A stretch of 64,000 bases of DNA, from NCBI GenBank assembly GCA_965112155.1, contig OZ218112.1; one strand, given 5' to 3'. Origin of the DNA: Podarcis liolepis. Taxonomy: Eukaryota. Positions within the stretch are counted from its first letter, which is position 1. Each line of letters starts with the position of its first letter. The notes beneath the pieces are model-generated. The model saw only the letters and a program-made list of their open reading frames with translations, was not told the origin of the DNA and made no database searches. Both the position numbers and the translations under genes were made by a program. Positions 1-14,482 of the stretch are shown here, piece after piece.

Positions 1-1926
1 ATCGCTACTGCTGCGTTAGCTGTAATTTTATTGCTGGGTTTTTAAAGGCCTTTTATCCCAGCTCGATCAGTGAGATCATCCAGAGGAGCACGGCTGGTTG
101 CTTCCTGTGTTACAGAGGCTTGACGTGACACCCACTAGAAATTGGGCACGTAGCGTCATCAGTCTTACGCTGTGGAATGCTCTTCCAACACAGACTCAGC
201 AGGCACCCTCACTTTTGACTTTCCTGGAGATATTTTTACATCAACAGGTCTATGCAGCTGCTTAAAAAATCTTCAATTAGCCAGTCATTTTAACCATTTT
301 TTTATATTTTACTGTATATAATTGCTATGCACTGCCATGCGATATTCTATGAACAGGTGGTATATAAATACCTTTTATAAATATAAAATAATGAACCTAT
401 TTGCAAGCTACCACAAGAATCCTTTTGGCATAAAGCAAGACACAAGTGCTTCAGTAACTAACCAACTCAGTAAACTTACTACTAAATTAAAATGCACGTT
501 GAGCCAATTATTTGCTCCTACAATATAGAAATAAGCTGGAAATTTACAGATAGATCCTATGCGAAAGAGATGCCTGTCTCCTCCTTGTGGGGTTGCAGTT
601 CCAGTTGAGCAGCTTACTCTTGATAATTCATGCACTGCCATTTACTTGCTTTCCACGCTGAACAAAATCTTAATTCAGGGATGGGGAACCTGTGACCTCT
701 TAGCTGCTGTTGGACTCCGGCTCCCATCAGTGATTGGCCATGGAGCAGGGATGATGGGAGCTGGAGTCTAGCAACAGCTACAGGTTTCCCATCCGTGGCC
801 TAATAGGTTGATTCCAGAGACCTGTTGAAGAACAATCCATCAGCTTCTCCAGGTTTCATGAAAAGCTGCAGGTGCTTCAACAGGTGCTCTGTGTTCCCTG
901 TTCCCCTGAGTGCTGGCCTAGGATCTCTCAAAGGTAATCGGGTGAGTGAATTAAATGTCAGTGGAGGAGGGAGAGCTATTCTAGGCATCCCTGGCTACGC
1001 AGATACTTCTTGATTAAATTAGAAAGCAGACAAAGGGTTTAAAATTCTCCATTTAAGAGGTTCTATTTCTAGACACTACTCGGGTGTTGTAAATCACTTC
1101 TGTCAGCAGGAGACACTGCTGTGATCCATCTTCATAAACAAAACTCACCCAGATGCTTCCCTAGCTCGTTATCTCTAAATTTTCCTCGTTTCAAGCTGGA
1201 TGAGAAACAGCTCTATTGCATCAACGGTGGGAGATGATGAATGGCATTAAAAGCACAGACATTTTCACAACTTGGAGGTTAAGCTCTTGGGCTGTGCGCT
1301 TCCTTGCCAAAGATTTATAGAAAAAGCTCATTAAACATTTTAAGTACATTCCTTCTCAGGCACATCCTGTTGCACCTTGTTCTTGCAAAACAAGACACAG
1401 GACATGCTTTGGAGGAAAGTTGAAGGGGGAAAAGAGTGTGTGTGTGAGGGGAGAATCAGCTTGACTTGCTTGCGGTAACAGTGGATGAGAAGACGACGAG
1501 CTGGCTAGATCACACCAGTGGCCACTCCAGTCCAGCATCCTGTTCTTAGAGTGGCCAATCAGATGACAACAGGAATCGTGCAAGCAGGACATGAGCACTC
1601 CTCACTTTTGTGGTTTCCAGCAACCGGTTTTCAGAAGAACACTGACTCCGAGCATGGGAAAAGAGCATAGCCATTGCGCCTAGTGGCCACTGGCAGCCCT
1701 ATCGCCTGTGAATTTGTCTGATCCTCTTTTAAAGACATCCAAGGCCATCACTGCCTCCTATGAGCGTGTATGCCATAGTTTAACCATGTGCCAGAAAAAC
1801 ACCAGTGTTCTATTATGTTATAATGTCTCTCTCACACACACACATGTACACCAAAGTTCAATGATATTTTATCTGACAATGTACAGAAAATGGAATGGTT
1901 CATACGGCTGGGTGCGTGTGTACATG

Positions 1927-1929
<3 letters not shown>

Positions 1930-1968
<39 letters not shown>
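1930..1968. repeat. (GA)n microsatellite
   Basis: Seen directly. Confidence 0.95.
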
Positions 1969-1977
<9 letters not shown>

Positions 1978-2826
1978 CAATCTTCCATAGGATAATGGTC
2001 CCAGGCTCTGTTATCTTTCAAAAGGAAATTTGAAACAGTAAATCATAGGATGGGAGATCTTATTGCTATTATCAGCCAGACTTCATGTTATGAATCATAT
2101 TGCATATGAAGTAAGATCAAAATATCGAACCTTCAGAAACGGCAGATATACCTGCGTTTCAATAGCTATTGCCGAGACAGTGTATAACATACACAGGCGC
2201 GTTATTGTATTTTTAAAATGGTATTTTGTACAAATATTAAAAATGGGCAGATAGTAAAATTGATTAGTTGTTCACCTAGAGATAAGCCTAAGCCTTCCCT
2301 CATTTAACACGAGAAGTGCCTGGTGGATCAGGCCCATGGCCCATCTACTCTAGCATCCTGTTCTGGCCAACCAGCTGCCTGTGCAAGACCAGGGAGCAGA
2401 AGGGGAGCTCAGGAGCCCTTGGTTTCCAGGAACTGCTATTCAGAAGCATGGCTGCCTTTCAGACTTTTGATTTAACTGATTTCTGCCTTTTTGCAGGGCA
2501 AATGTTTGCTCATAATGGCACCAACTATTTCCAGTTTTATTTTATATTTTTGTGATATCATAATAGGCTGCAGGGAGTGGGTGCTTGAGGGCCACATGCC
2601 AATTGTGCGGCTGGGGCATGCGCGCACACACACACACACACGACTTTGCAGAGGTCTCCCTGCTGAGACTGAGAAGTGCAGCTGCTCCCAACACACACCA
2701 GTGGCGAAAGATCTCACTCTGCCCAGCCTGCATAACAGTAACTGGGCGGGCCAAGAGAAGTGCAATTTACATTTGGAGGAAGGTGCTCAGGGTTGACTCC
2801 CATTGCAATCATGATCCCCTCAGCGG

Positions 2827-3057
2827 CAGGGGTAGGCAACCTAAGGCCCATGGGCCAGATGCGGCCCAATCGCCTTCTCAATCCGGCCCACAGACGGTCG
2901 GGGAATCAGTGTTTTTACATGAGTAGAATGTGTGCTTTTATTTAAAATGCATCTCTGGGTTATTTGTTCATTTCCCCCCTCAAAATATAGTCCAGCCCCC
3001 CACATGGTCTGAGGGACAGTGGACCAGCCCACGGATGAAAAAGGCTGCTGACCCCTG
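2827..3057. mobile_element. hAT (Charlie-like) MITE
   Basis: Ends caggggtaggcaacct / aggctgctgacccctg. A similar element lies at about 53475-53850. Confidence 0.65.
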
Positions 3058-3322
3058 CCTCAGTCCATCAAGCAGCAGTTCATTAGGCACACCCCTGCCA
3101 GACAGCAAAATTCACTGGTGGGTGGTGAATTTGGCAGTGGTGGGTGGCTCGTGCATCTGTGGCTGGCTGCATGGAAGACCTGTGAAGGTTGCATGAATCC
3201 CATGGTTTATCCACCTTTGCACTGAATGGAGAAGGCGCTCCATCAGTGGCTATTAGAGAAACCCACATTCAGAGACAAGGCGCTGCTGAATCCCCAAAAG
3301 GGGTGTGGTGGCTTGATCTGCC

Positions 3323-3621
3323 CAGTGGCGTAGCTAGCTGCTTGGGTGCCCGGGGTGGCACAAATGTCCTGCACCCAGGGACAGGGCAAGCCGCCCACGG
3401 GGCAGGATAAGCCAGGGCAGAGCACGCTGTGCAGAACCTCCATGGAGTCCACAAGCCCCATGTTGCCGTTTCAGGCAGTGTGGAGCCTGCAGGGGCCCGA
3501 GCCACTGCGTCACTCCCCAAGAGAGACGTGTAGCTCAGGCGCGCTGCAGGCCAGGCCCCGTGGTCACCCCCCTCAGTGGTGACACCTGGGGGTGGACTGC
3601 AGCCACCTTCCTACGCCACCG
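3323..3621. mobile_element. hAT-type non-autonomous element
   Basis: Ends cagtggcgtag / ctacgccaccg, perfect 8-bp TSD gatctgcc. Confidence 0.8.
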
Positions 3622-4013
3622 GATCTGCCCTCAAAGAAAACAGGATGCTGAGCCTTTCGTCTCACCCAAAAGGCACGCTCTTATAATCCCATGTAAGCTG
3701 TGGACCAGATAGGAGCCTGCCGCTCATGAGAGAAGGACTGTGGTGTAGCTCTGTGAGGGCCACGCATGACCATGCGCTCCCCAGCACAAAAATATCCTGT
3801 CATATAGAATTAGCAAGTCGGGAAGAGAGCATGGCTGAAAGAGAATGCATTTCACTTTCCTTTGTGTGACAGGTACGCATAGTCAGGCACTCTTGATTCG
3901 CAGCCTAGAGACTGCGCCGTGTCAAAGCTTTGGAAAGCCAAGATTTACCGCTTCAAAGCTTAGTGAAGATAAAAGGGCTGCAGGTCAGATGTGCTGTTTA
4001 CCCATTCTGTTAC

Positions 4014-4142
4014 CTTGACATTTGATTCTCCATCCAAACTAGCTGTGGTGACATAACAACACCCGTCCTTGTGAGTTGATGCAAGGAAGATCAGGTCGCA
4101 TGGGAAGGTTTCATCAGACTTTACTTCTACTATGTCGCCAAC
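4014..4142 (-). CDS. ATP11C: ATP11C coding exon 6 ([43 protein letters not shown]), actuator domain
   Basis: 129 nt translated by hand, tttaag acceptor, gtaaca donor. Contains the P4-ATPase A-domain DGE(S/T) motif. Confidence 0.96.
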
Positions 4143-4781
4143 CTTAAAGACCAGAACAAATAAATGTCAACGTGCTGCAGAAATGTTTGCTTAGATGTAC
4201 TTATTTAGAGCATCACACACACACACCACTCTTCAGCTGAAAAGGCTTTATTGATATAAATCAACAACAAAGAAGCAAAGAAGGCATCTAAATCTAAAAG
4301 CTCTCTGTCGTGCTGGGAGCGGGGGGGGGGGGGAGCTCATGCAGGGTACACACATTCCTGCCTCCATCCCCAGAATGTAGCCTTCACACAAGTCGCAATC
4401 GTGCTGCATTACAGAAGAGGGAAAAGCCTTCTGCCAAGTGGAATGGCAGAGGAGGGGTGCAGAGATCTGTCTCCTCCACCAGCTTGCTCACTCGCCTGCA
4501 CAGAACTCCTTGCTGCCTGTGGCTCCCTGTGGTTAAAGGCAAGGCCCCAAACCATTTCCAACGTGCAGAAACCTCGCTTGTCTTTGCTACAAAACACACA
4601 AGTGCTTCAGCCCATTCCCAGCCACCCCAACCAGCCAGTGGGGACCAGCCGGAGTCCATCAGCAAGCACGAATTCAAGGTTTTAATAACAACTCTCCCTG
4701 CACTCACCCCCTGCCTTTTGCTACAGGCTCCCTGGAGCTTCCCAGTGCCCCGAAAGCTTGCTCCCCTCTTTCATACCACAC

Positions 4782-4889
4782 CTTGATTCCTTCACACTCC
4801 TTCTTCACTTGCTTTGCATCCTCGATCACCAGGACGGTGCTTTTGTTTACTTCTTTGTCAGCCCTGTGCCGCAGCCAATCCTCATAACC
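4782..4889 (-). CDS. ATP11C: ATP11C coding exon 5 ([36 protein letters not shown])
   Basis: 108 nt, ctccag acceptor, gtgtgg donor. [11 protein letters not shown] motif. Lies within ORF 4704..4958. Confidence 0.96.
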
Positions 4890-5035
4890 CTGGAGGGATA
4901 AATTAGGGAGCAGGGGGCGGAAGTCATCACAATCAAGGAACAAGAGAAAGGGAAACAAAGAAAAAAGAGGTGAGGGAGAGCCTTTCCTCAGGTATTTAGC
5001 AGAGCTCTAAGCTGACAATCCTCTTTTTCCATTTA

Positions 5036-5173
<138 letters not shown>

Positions 5174-7987
5174 TTATTGGGGGAGAATTAAAGAAAAGGA
5201 TATTTGCTGGTTTGATGTCCTCAGCTTTTATAAGCAACAAATGTAAACTGATGCTGCAACATGGAAAACACAGGAAAACACCAGAGTGTGCATGTCATTG
5301 CTTTTTAATGAACTGCATCTGTTTATGTGCATTTTTTTCTGTACAATAATGCATTCGGACTTCTGTTTTATAGCGTGTGGTGAATCACTGGTAGCAAGTG
5401 CCTAGTAAGTTTTGAGAATGATGTGGCAAAGTTTTCCATTCATTCAAATGGCAGAGGTGTCTTCCAGATAAGAAGAAAAGCACCCATGTATATTCTTCAT
5501 TCCCACTTTCTTGCTATGAAGAGCTTGTGAAGGGATCTCTTTGATGTCCAAATAGAATAATGTGACATCTGAATGCATCCTTTTCCATTATATGTCCTGC
5601 CATGTGAATCCAAGTGTGTATTATTATTAGTATTATTATTAGTAGTAGTGGTAGTAGTAAAGAACTCATTTCTTCGAAGCCAACACTCTTCAGTTTTGAT
5701 TCTCCAGATGTTGTCGGGCTGCAAACAGCATCATACCTGTTCAAACTGGCTGAGAGTGACAGGAATCTTATCCCAGAAGCATCTGGGGACCCAAGGCTGA
5801 TTGAGCTCGTCAAAGCCTTCTGCTACAGATGTGCAGTTGATATCAAGTATGTGCTATGATTGCACTGTAAATGGAGGTTTGTCACACACATGCACATTTG
5901 CTCAAGAGCTCAGCTCATGCTCCAGGAAGTCTGTTCACTAGAACAGCTATTCCAGTGGTCCAAGCTACTCCAGCGCTAAAAGTATTTGGCACTCGGAATG
6001 ATAAGAATATAAGGAGAGCCCGCTGGATCAGGTCAGTGGCCCATCTAGTCCAGCACCCTGTTCTCTCAGAGGCCAACCAGGTGCCCCTGGGAAACCTGCA
6101 GGCAGGACCAGAGTACAAGAGCAGCCCTCTCCCCTCCCGTGGCTTCCAGAAAATTATATTCAGAGACATTTATGCTTCTGACCGTGGAGACAGAGCATAG
6201 CTACAGTGGCCAGAAGCCATTGACAGATGCAACTATGTTTGAATTATGAGGGTTAGCTATGTTATTACAACAAACAGACACTTTAAAAAAATGTTGCAGC
6301 ACCCTTAAAGACTAAGGCTGCTAGCTACACACCCTTACCTGGGAATAAGTCTCATTAAAGAAAGCGGGGCATACTTCACAGTAAACATGCGTAAGACCGC
6401 ACCGTAATGGATTTATTATGGCATGTGTTTAAAGCTGCACAGTCTTCACAAGAAAAAGCCTCTTGTGGAACAATGAACACACACATTGGTGGGTAGGTGG
6501 ATTTGACGGGTTCCATGCCTTTAACTGCCAGGCTCTACTAATGCCTGGCACAAGAGCAATGCTTTTGTAATGTGATGCCAAACATTTGAATATAACATTA
6601 ATTTCTTTCCTATGGTAATGGCTAACTGGGGTGGGCAAGGGGAGGTTTGGTACAAATAGGTAGCCATGAGATTTTTCACGGGGGTGTTCTGCTTCAGAAG
6701 ATAGTCAGCTGGGTTTTTTGTTTTTTTCATCACAGTGTGATAATTCACACACACCTCTCCATGGCCAAGTTTTCAAGTAACTTTTACTCAGAGTAGACCC
6801 GCTGATATTGACCATGACGGGTCAACTCTGGGCAAAAATCAGCTGTATGCAATTCACTGAAACATGGGGATATTTCTTCCAAAACTGCACAGCACTGGAA
6901 CTGAGAGAGAAAACCGCATCCGTCCCTAGCGGCACTATTATGATTTGTTTCAAGTTAAATATAGCCTTTGTTCCAACCTGTTCCAAGTTAAAGCCCCACG
7001 CGCACTGGGGAGATTCCTGTTGAATTTGTTGCTCCTGGCAAGCTGAACCACACGCCCAAGGAAGTGGAAGTGGCAGCCGGTTAGCCTGGTGCATAAGCAA
7101 GGTTATACATTTCACAACCAGCCCCGACTGCTCGGATCAGGATTCTACAGTTATCTGGAAGATGGGGCGATGCCATCTTAGCATTGTCGTGTAAATTAGC
7201 TGGAGCTACTTCCTCAGAGATCATTAATGCCTCTGCCCCTGACACAAGGATGAGATGCAAATTGGCAAAGCGCTCTGTCTTCAAAGCAGGCAAGATGCAA
7301 TCGTCAGGAAACGCAGGCAGCAGCAGTGGTGAATTCAACACACTCCATTTAGCAAAGTCTGAGGAAGGTTCAGGCTTATGAGGAATGGGCCAAGATGCTC
7401 TCCTCCATCTACAACAGTGAGTGCTTTTAATATACGTCAGCAGATATGCTGCCCAAGAGCAGTGGCAAGAGCCCTTTTTTAAAAAAAACGCTGAAGCACT
7501 GAAAACCCATCCGACATCAACAGAAGCTGAACCCACTCCCCTACTTTCCTTCCCTGAAACGGTTGGTCTGCAGAATTTCAGCTTGCTTTTGATTTTATTT
7601 TTTAAAAGAGTCTCCTGATTCAGCTCTAGCCTCTTTAATCAGAAAGCAGAAGTGAAAAGGACACAGCCCACATCTGTGGTTGCTATTCGCCTACCCACAA
7701 AGAAATGCACACTCAGAAATTTACTTCTGCATTTGTGTAGCATCTAGACAACGTAACAGGGAGGTATTTGGGCGCCTCATCACAAGCTGTTGTGTGTGCA
7801 GGAGGGAGGGGATGACGCATCTTTGACCATTGAAGAGAAGCAGCTATATAATGTAGTGTCTCTAGGCTGGAGCAAATGACACCATTGTTGTCGTGTTCTG
7901 TAAACACGAACCCACTAACTTATGCCTTGAAAATAAGAGTCTTTATTTTAGAAGGATGGCATTGAAACATTTCAATGACTGGTACTT

Positions 7988-7989
<2 letters not shown>

Positions 7990-8029
<40 letters not shown>
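7990..8029. repeat. (CA)n microsatellite
   Basis: Seen directly. About 50 nt into the intron downstream of exon 3, where it reads (UG)n in the pre-mRNA. Confidence 0.95.
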
Positions 8030-8030
<1 letters not shown>

Positions 8031-8077
8031 AGCAACATTCTCCCTCACCTTCATTGCTTTTTCTAAAGCAGCCTTAC

Positions 8078-8167
8078 CTGTACAAGGAAAATGATAAGGA
8101 AGTAAAAGTTGGCAATTCTTCGGAACTGTTCAAAGAGATTCTTTGGAAGAAAATTCCAGACAGTGTA
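8078..8167 (-). CDS. ATP11C: ATP11C coding exon 3 ([30 protein letters not shown]), TM1
   Basis: 90 nt, ccacag acceptor, gtaagg donor. Conserved P4-ATPase [17 protein letters not shown] motif. Confidence 0.97.
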
Positions 8168-8606
8168 CTGTGGGGCAAAAAAGCAAAAGAGGCAGGTATG
8201 AACCAAGACTTTGACCAGCAATGGCCTCTTCTGAACAGGGTTGCCCTGAGACATTTTGGCACCTGAAGCTAACCAGAAAATGGCACACACGCACGCACAC
8301 ACACAAACCACCCCCCACCAGGGAAGAAGTGAGGGTCAAGGAACTACATCAGGAACAATGGGAGAATAACAAGCTACATTGGGAACGAGGATGGAAGGAG
8401 ACCTGAAGTGCCTCCTATTTGCCAAGAGGCTGCTGCGGAGATGGTATTGGAGGGGCTGTGGGCGATGCAATCCTCAGAGGCTGGATCTGCTGCCCCTCTG
8501 GATTCGGCTGCCTGAGGCGGTCACCTCACCTTCCCTCATGGGTGGAGTGGGCCAGCCCTGCCTCTGAAGACCGCACCAAAATTGGGATACCTATCATCTG
8601 TTCAAT

Positions 8607-8646
8607 ATATCTATCTATCTATCTATCTATCTGTCATCTATCTGTC

Positions 8647-8685
<39 letters not shown>
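8607..8685. repeat. (TATC)n microsatellite, interrupted
   Basis: Seen directly. Confidence 0.9.
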
Positions 8686-8686
<1 letters not shown>

Positions 8687-9720
8687 CTGTCTATAAATAT
8701 AAAGTGGGTGGCTTTTAAAGGGGCAAACAATTATAATGGGCACACATGCACAGACATCCACACACCCCTTTGGTGTCATTTCCAACGGAAAGAAATAAGC
8801 ATCTTGCTCCGTGAAGAGCTTGCTTTGCTACCCACTCAGAAACGTTGGTTTTCCTCCTTTCGTTTCTATGAGCCGTGTCCCGTGGGTCTTACGCCAGCGT
8901 TTGCAAAAGGTTTGGTTTGGCGCATAACCCCACTCAAAAATTCTAGTGCCAAAAACAAGAGATGTGAAGGTTTAAAGGGGGCGGCATTTTCCCTGTCTCT
9001 CCCGCACACACAAGCCAGCTTGAAATAAGGTGAGGTGGGGAAGGGAAGGCAGCCTTGAGGGCCAGCTACTGCCTTTGCATTGCTGAAGAAGCACCAGGAC
9101 TTAAATATCAGAAAGTGCTTCCAAACGTAATGGCAAAATGCACCGTGTCTTCAGTCCCTTGGTTCGAAACGAAAGGCTGCCAAACATATTGCTCTGGCAA
9201 GGTATGCATTTGATACAGCCTCTTGGCTTCTCCTCTGCCTCAACAATACCAAGTCAGTGGGAAGGGACCTCCACTGGCTTACAGAATCCCAGCCTATTCG
9301 GGTCTTCTCAAGCTACTGATCAATAGTATAGTCATCAGAAATGTTGTGGTCTCCCTCACAGTGCAGTGAGAGCCAGGGTGGCACAGCAGCTAAGAGTGTT
9401 AGGTCAGGACCTGGAAGATCAGGGTTCAAATCCCCACTCGACCATGAAGCTCCCTGGGTTGACCTAGAGCCAGTCACTGCCTCTCAGCCGTGGCTTCCTC
9501 ACAGGGTGGTTGTGGGAATTAACAGAGGAGGGGGTGTGCCACTTCCTAGGCCAGCCAAATCCAGCTGCAGTAGAGACCTGGCAGCAAAAATAATCATTGC
9601 TACGGCTGGTTGTTTTGTGTGCTGTGTTTCTTTGGTTTAATGTGGCCCTTTCGTGGAAGGGGGCTACTGTTTTCTTTTGTTTTCGTTCTTGTTTTTATTC
9701 TGTAGTTTGTGTTTTTATTT

Positions 9721-10181
9721 TGGTCCCTCGTACCTATGGGACCGCCTCTCCTGGTATGTCCTGCAGAGGACCTTAAGGTCCACAGATAACAGCACTTTGG
9801 AGGTCCCGAGCCGCAAGGTGATTAGATTGGTCTCAACTAGGACCAGGACCTTTTCAGTACTGGCCCCGACTTGGTAGAACGCTCTGTCACAAGAGACTCG
9901 GGCCCTGCAGGACTTGACATCTTTCCACAGGGCCTGCAAGACAGAGCTGTTCCGCCTGGCCTTTGGTTTGGACACAGTCTGACCCTTATGTTTCCTTCCC
10001 CTTATGGTTTTGATTTATGGGCTACTACTAAAATGAGGTTGCATTTTAAATTGTATTTTAACCTGTATTTTAATTAACTTTTGTTGTTGTTGTTGTTTTG
10101 TTTCCTATTATGTTTTATTGTAATTTTATTGGTGTTAGCTGCCCTGAGCCCGGTTCTGGTTGGGGAGGGCGGGGTATAAAA

Positions 10182-10231
<50 letters not shown>
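9721..10231 (+). mobile_element. L2 LINE 3' fragment with (ATT)n tail
   Basis: Translates to GPSYLWDRLS...TLRS...RTFSVLAPTW, typical of the L2 ORF2 C-terminus, followed by a 3' UTR and microsatellite tail. Confidence 0.8.
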
Positions 10232-10310
10232 GTGAACTGTCCCGAGATGTATGGATGAAGGGTGGTATACAGATTTAATAAATAACAACAACAACTCTCT
10301 TGTGCTACTG

Positions 10311-10515
10311 CAGAGCTTTCCAAACTTTTCCTGTTGGTGACACACTTTTTAGACATGCATATTTCATGACATGGTAATTCAGTTCTACTAGCAAACTGGA
10401 GGTTAAATTAACCCCTTTCCAGCCCCAGGAAGAGCGTGGGGAGCATTTGTGCGACACACCTACACACTGTAGCCAACATGCTAATGTGTCATGAGAGACA
10501 GTTTGGAAAGCTCTG
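10311..10515. mobile_element. hAT MITE
   Basis: TIR cagagctttccaaac / gtttggaaagctctg, 8-bp TSD tgctactg / tactactg. An inverted sister copy lies at 35761-35966. Confidence 0.8.
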
Positions 10516-11754
10516 TACTACTGTCTGGAACTGCAAGGGCTAGAACCCAGAACCGATAGCTCCACGATCCGCCAGCCCATATAGCGAGACATTAGGGCAG
10601 CAGGTTGCAGCATCTCCCTTGTAAACAGATTCCAAGGGCTGGAATGACAGTGTCCATCGAGAGTAGCCGCTGACTCTCCTCTTGTTAGCCTGGGGTTCTG
10701 CCTTGGCAAGGACAACCTTTCCAGCTCCAGGGTCAATCCTCTCATCTGCCTACTGCACAGCCCAGACTTTCACCACTCAAAGGACAAGCTTCTGAATTGA
10801 TCCAGCAAGCACCAGGAGCTCCACACCCACAAGAAAGCCCCCCCCCCGGCTCGTCCGCTAAATAGCAAGTGGGGGAAGCTGAGTTTGCACTGAGTCATTT
10901 TGCGAGACCACGTGAAAAGTGCAGATGGATGCTTTGCAGAGCAGAGAAAGCGGTATGGGAACCCGACCTTTTCCTGGCACACAAAAGGCACATGAAACAT
11001 ACAGCAGTTGATGCACAGAATCTGCTGAATGTCAACCACTAGCGGAGGTTGTCACGATGTTTTACGCAACTCCCCTTTTGCCCGCTGATAGCAGCCACCT
11101 GCTTTCCTGGCTTGGAAAAACTGTTGCCTTTTGTTCCACCTTCCGAGCTACACACAATGAGAGCAAGACTTCCCAGACAATGCAACAGTAAATATATTAA
11201 AAGATTCAAGAGGTGCAGCTTGCGCTGTGCCTTGCCTTGCCTGGTTTGCATTAGCTCTTTTTAAAAAACAAAAATAAAAAATTGAAGTTTGGGTGCAATT
11301 TATACTTTCATTCTGCTTTGCAAATATTGCTGCACAGAAGAAACGGAGATTTGTGCACATAAAAAAAATATTTAGGGTTGTCGACCCTAATATTTTATCC
11401 AAGCTCTCCTTGTATAATTCACAATCGTTTTGTATTTTCTAATTATCTGGAAATTTCACCAGCTTCAGCGCTCCAAAATGGTTCTATATATGACTCCCTG
11501 TAACAGCACGTGCAGATGGCGAGTGCTTGGAGGAAGTGTGGCTGAGAAAACGAGGAGGTTGGATCAGCAAAAATCCCAAAGGGTGAAGAAGAAGCAAGAA
11601 AGAAAAAGTCAAGGGGACAAAATAACAATAACAGCAACAACAACACAACAGTTCAATGAGGACTGACCATGCTCAGTGTCTATTGGGGTGGGGGGAGCCA
11701 GAGAACTCTGTGTGTGTCTGTGTGTAAGAGAGCGAAGTGCAATAACTCAAGGAC

Positions 11755-12165
11755 TCCCCCTCTCTCCATATGAACCTACCCAGACCCTGCTACCCACCAT
11801 CTGAGGCCCTTCTTTATGTGCCACCTCCTCCAGGAGAGGTTTGGAGGGTGACAACTCAAGAAGGGCCTTTTCTGTAGTGGCTCCTTGTTCGCAGAAGGCT
11901 TTCCCCATGGAGGCTTGTCTGGAGCCTTCATTACATATCTTTAGGCACAAGGCAAAAACGTTCCTCTTCAACCAGGTGTTGAGCTGATTAACTTTCTATG
12001 GCTTTTTGAACGTATTTGTGGGAGCGGGGTTATTGGGGGTTTTGTTGTTGTTCCATTATGTATTTTGAATTATCATTTTGTATTTTTGTCTTGCAAACCT
12101 CCCTGGGATCTTTGGATGAAGAGCAGCATATTTAACAAATAACAATTTAACAAATAACAATAATA
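11755..12165 (+). mobile_element. L2 LINE 3' fragment, degraded
   Basis: agggccttttctgtagtggctcct (RAFSVVAP) motif and an L2-like 3' UTR. Confidence 0.7.
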
Positions 12166-13015
12166 ACCAGATGGGATGTCTTGGAAGAAGATACGGTTGG
12201 TTAGCTGGAACACCGGACAGTACCCTCTGTACCATTTTATTGCAGTTCCCACTCATAAATGTAATAAAGCCATTAGCTGGGCTACTTGTGCCAGACGGAA
12301 GAAGCTACAAAAGAGGAACTACGGGTCTTTTGTGTTTCATGCAGTTCTAAAACTGGAACACCTTGCGGGATTGGGAAAGAGTTCCTTCATGCATAGGTTT
12401 TATTCTTAGCTATAACAAACAGAGCTGCAAAATAGCAGCAAAATAAGTGCACCAGACTGATAAAGGGTCTCACAGACTGCCTTTTTGCAAGAGATTTCTT
12501 GTTATGCCTGGAGGACCTCGTGGATGAGCTGGATCACTAACAAAGTGTAAGCTTTAAACAAAAGACACCCCACCCCCCCAGAACAAAAACCAGGCACAGC
12601 TTGCGAGTGATCTTCATAACTCATTATCAAGTCATAAGGTTAATGATGGTCAGAGTGATTCCCAAGTTCAAAACAAGTCTGGGGGGAAAGTAACAGAACA
12701 CAAAATTGCTTTTGCTGACGGCACACTCTGGAGTAGAACTGTAACCTGAACAGGATCTAAGTACTGCAGGTTATGAGAAGAGTCTCTAAACCATGAAGGA
12801 CCAGGAGAACCTTCTCCACTCTTCCATGATGCTCGCTGGGTGACTTTCGGCCGGCCACATCCCTTCTGCCTAAAATACTCCGCAGGGTTGTTGTGAAGAT
12901 AAAAACAGGTCGGGTGGGCCGGTGCAGCAATTAAAGCATGGTTATTACAGTGTTCACATGAATTGTCAAGAGCTCGCATGCCATTCCCGCAACAGCATTC
13001 ATGCGGCAAACGTAC

Positions 13016-13135
13016 CTTGGAAGAGACTATTTGGTTAGAGCAGAACTTCTGTGGAATGTAAGCCTCTGGCGTGGGAAGCGGATGGTGGCCAACAAGGACA
13101 GTTCGTGTCCCAACACGTTTCTCTTCCCCGACAAG
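13016..13135 (-). CDS. ATP11C: ATP11C coding exon 2 ([40 protein letters not shown])
   Basis: 120 nt with a polypyrimidine tract, ctgcag acceptor and gtacgt donor. [11 protein letters not shown] is the ATP11C-type N-terminus. Lies within ORF 12668..13219. Confidence 0.95.
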
Positions 13136-14426
13136 CTGCAGATAGAAGAGGAAGAGGATTAAGTCACAGGCCCCCAAACATATTGCAAAGCAGGCTTCTG
13201 TGTCTGTGGGATTCTGCACCCTCGGTGCCCCGGGTCAATAGCCTATGGGCTCATTAACAACATGGAACTTCCATGTTCCCAAGGGCTTGTGGCATTCACT
13301 GGATGCCAGGGGCCCCTCCATGCACACAATTCATTTGTGCATTTGGGGAGCCGCTCCTAATGTTAGTCAGTGAGGAAATCTCTTGGGAAATTACACAGAT
13401 GTGCAGAGAACGTGTGTCCCACAAAGAGAAATTACCATTCCAAACGTACAGACCAACTCTATTCAGAGCTGGTGGTACACAATGTACATATGCTGCTGTT
13501 TCCCTAAAGTTATATCCCAGCTACCTATTTCATTCATTTAAAACATTATATCCTGCCACAAGGCAGATAACAGTATGAAACAAGTAATTAGCATAGAATA
13601 AAAATAATAAAAAACCACATTTGTGTACAGTGATGCGGCAGCAGCAACAACAAAAACGTTAAGAGCAGCAGTGGAAGCAAAGCAGCAATTAGTAACTTGG
13701 AGAGCTTTGGGGCAAAACTGAAAGCCAGCGTTTCGATGCTATCCAAATCTTAACATGGGAGCAAACAAACATTCCTGGGAGTTCCACATTAGACCCCTCA
13801 ATGGTCCCTTCCTTCTGAAGGCACCAAGAAATGGAGGAACAACACAGTGCAGGTCTTCCAACAGGAAAACAAGTTGACTCCTAAGGGAGAATCTTCTGCA
13901 AATGAGGATTTCCAGCATGCTCCAGGGAGTCCTGGAGTTCTTCCAACCTTATCAGAGGTTCTCCAATGAGAAGACCACAAGAAACCAACATACCCCTTTA
14001 GGGGCAGATAATCTCCCGCAGCAGAATGCAGCTGCACTAGGTACATCCCACAGAACTCCTGCTGAAGAGAGCAAGGCCCCCAAACACATCCCACCAGGCG
14101 CATGAACTCCCAAGGGCGGAGGAGTCTTCGGCCCCCTCAATATTGGATGGCAAAGAAGAGGCTGGTGCCAAGCGACTGGCTCCTCCTGAGCTCAAGAGAG
14201 GAAGCAGTGCCATGCTGGGCTCCATGCGCGGCTTCCTCCCAACGATGTGATGTCGCCAAGCATATGACGTACGGCGCACATCGCACACATGACACAACTC
14301 AACACACACCAGGCCCCCCCAATCTTAGGCGCAAGACGGAACCTCTGCCTCCTACAATCTCCTGCAACAGGCATATTTGGGGGCAGGCAAGCTCGTGGTG
14401 GGTGAAAGTTCCTTTTTTTAAAGTTG

Positions 14427-14482
14427 AATAGAATAGAATAGAATAGAATAGAATAGAATAGAATAGAATAGAATAGAATAGA
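14427..14482. repeat. (AATAG)n microsatellite
   Basis: Seen directly. Confidence 0.95.

Noticed and set aside
1-4013. ATP11C exon 7 (expected THYAV...ECEQPQPDLYK)
   Set aside because: Not found by eye in this interval. It probably lies beyond the window start.
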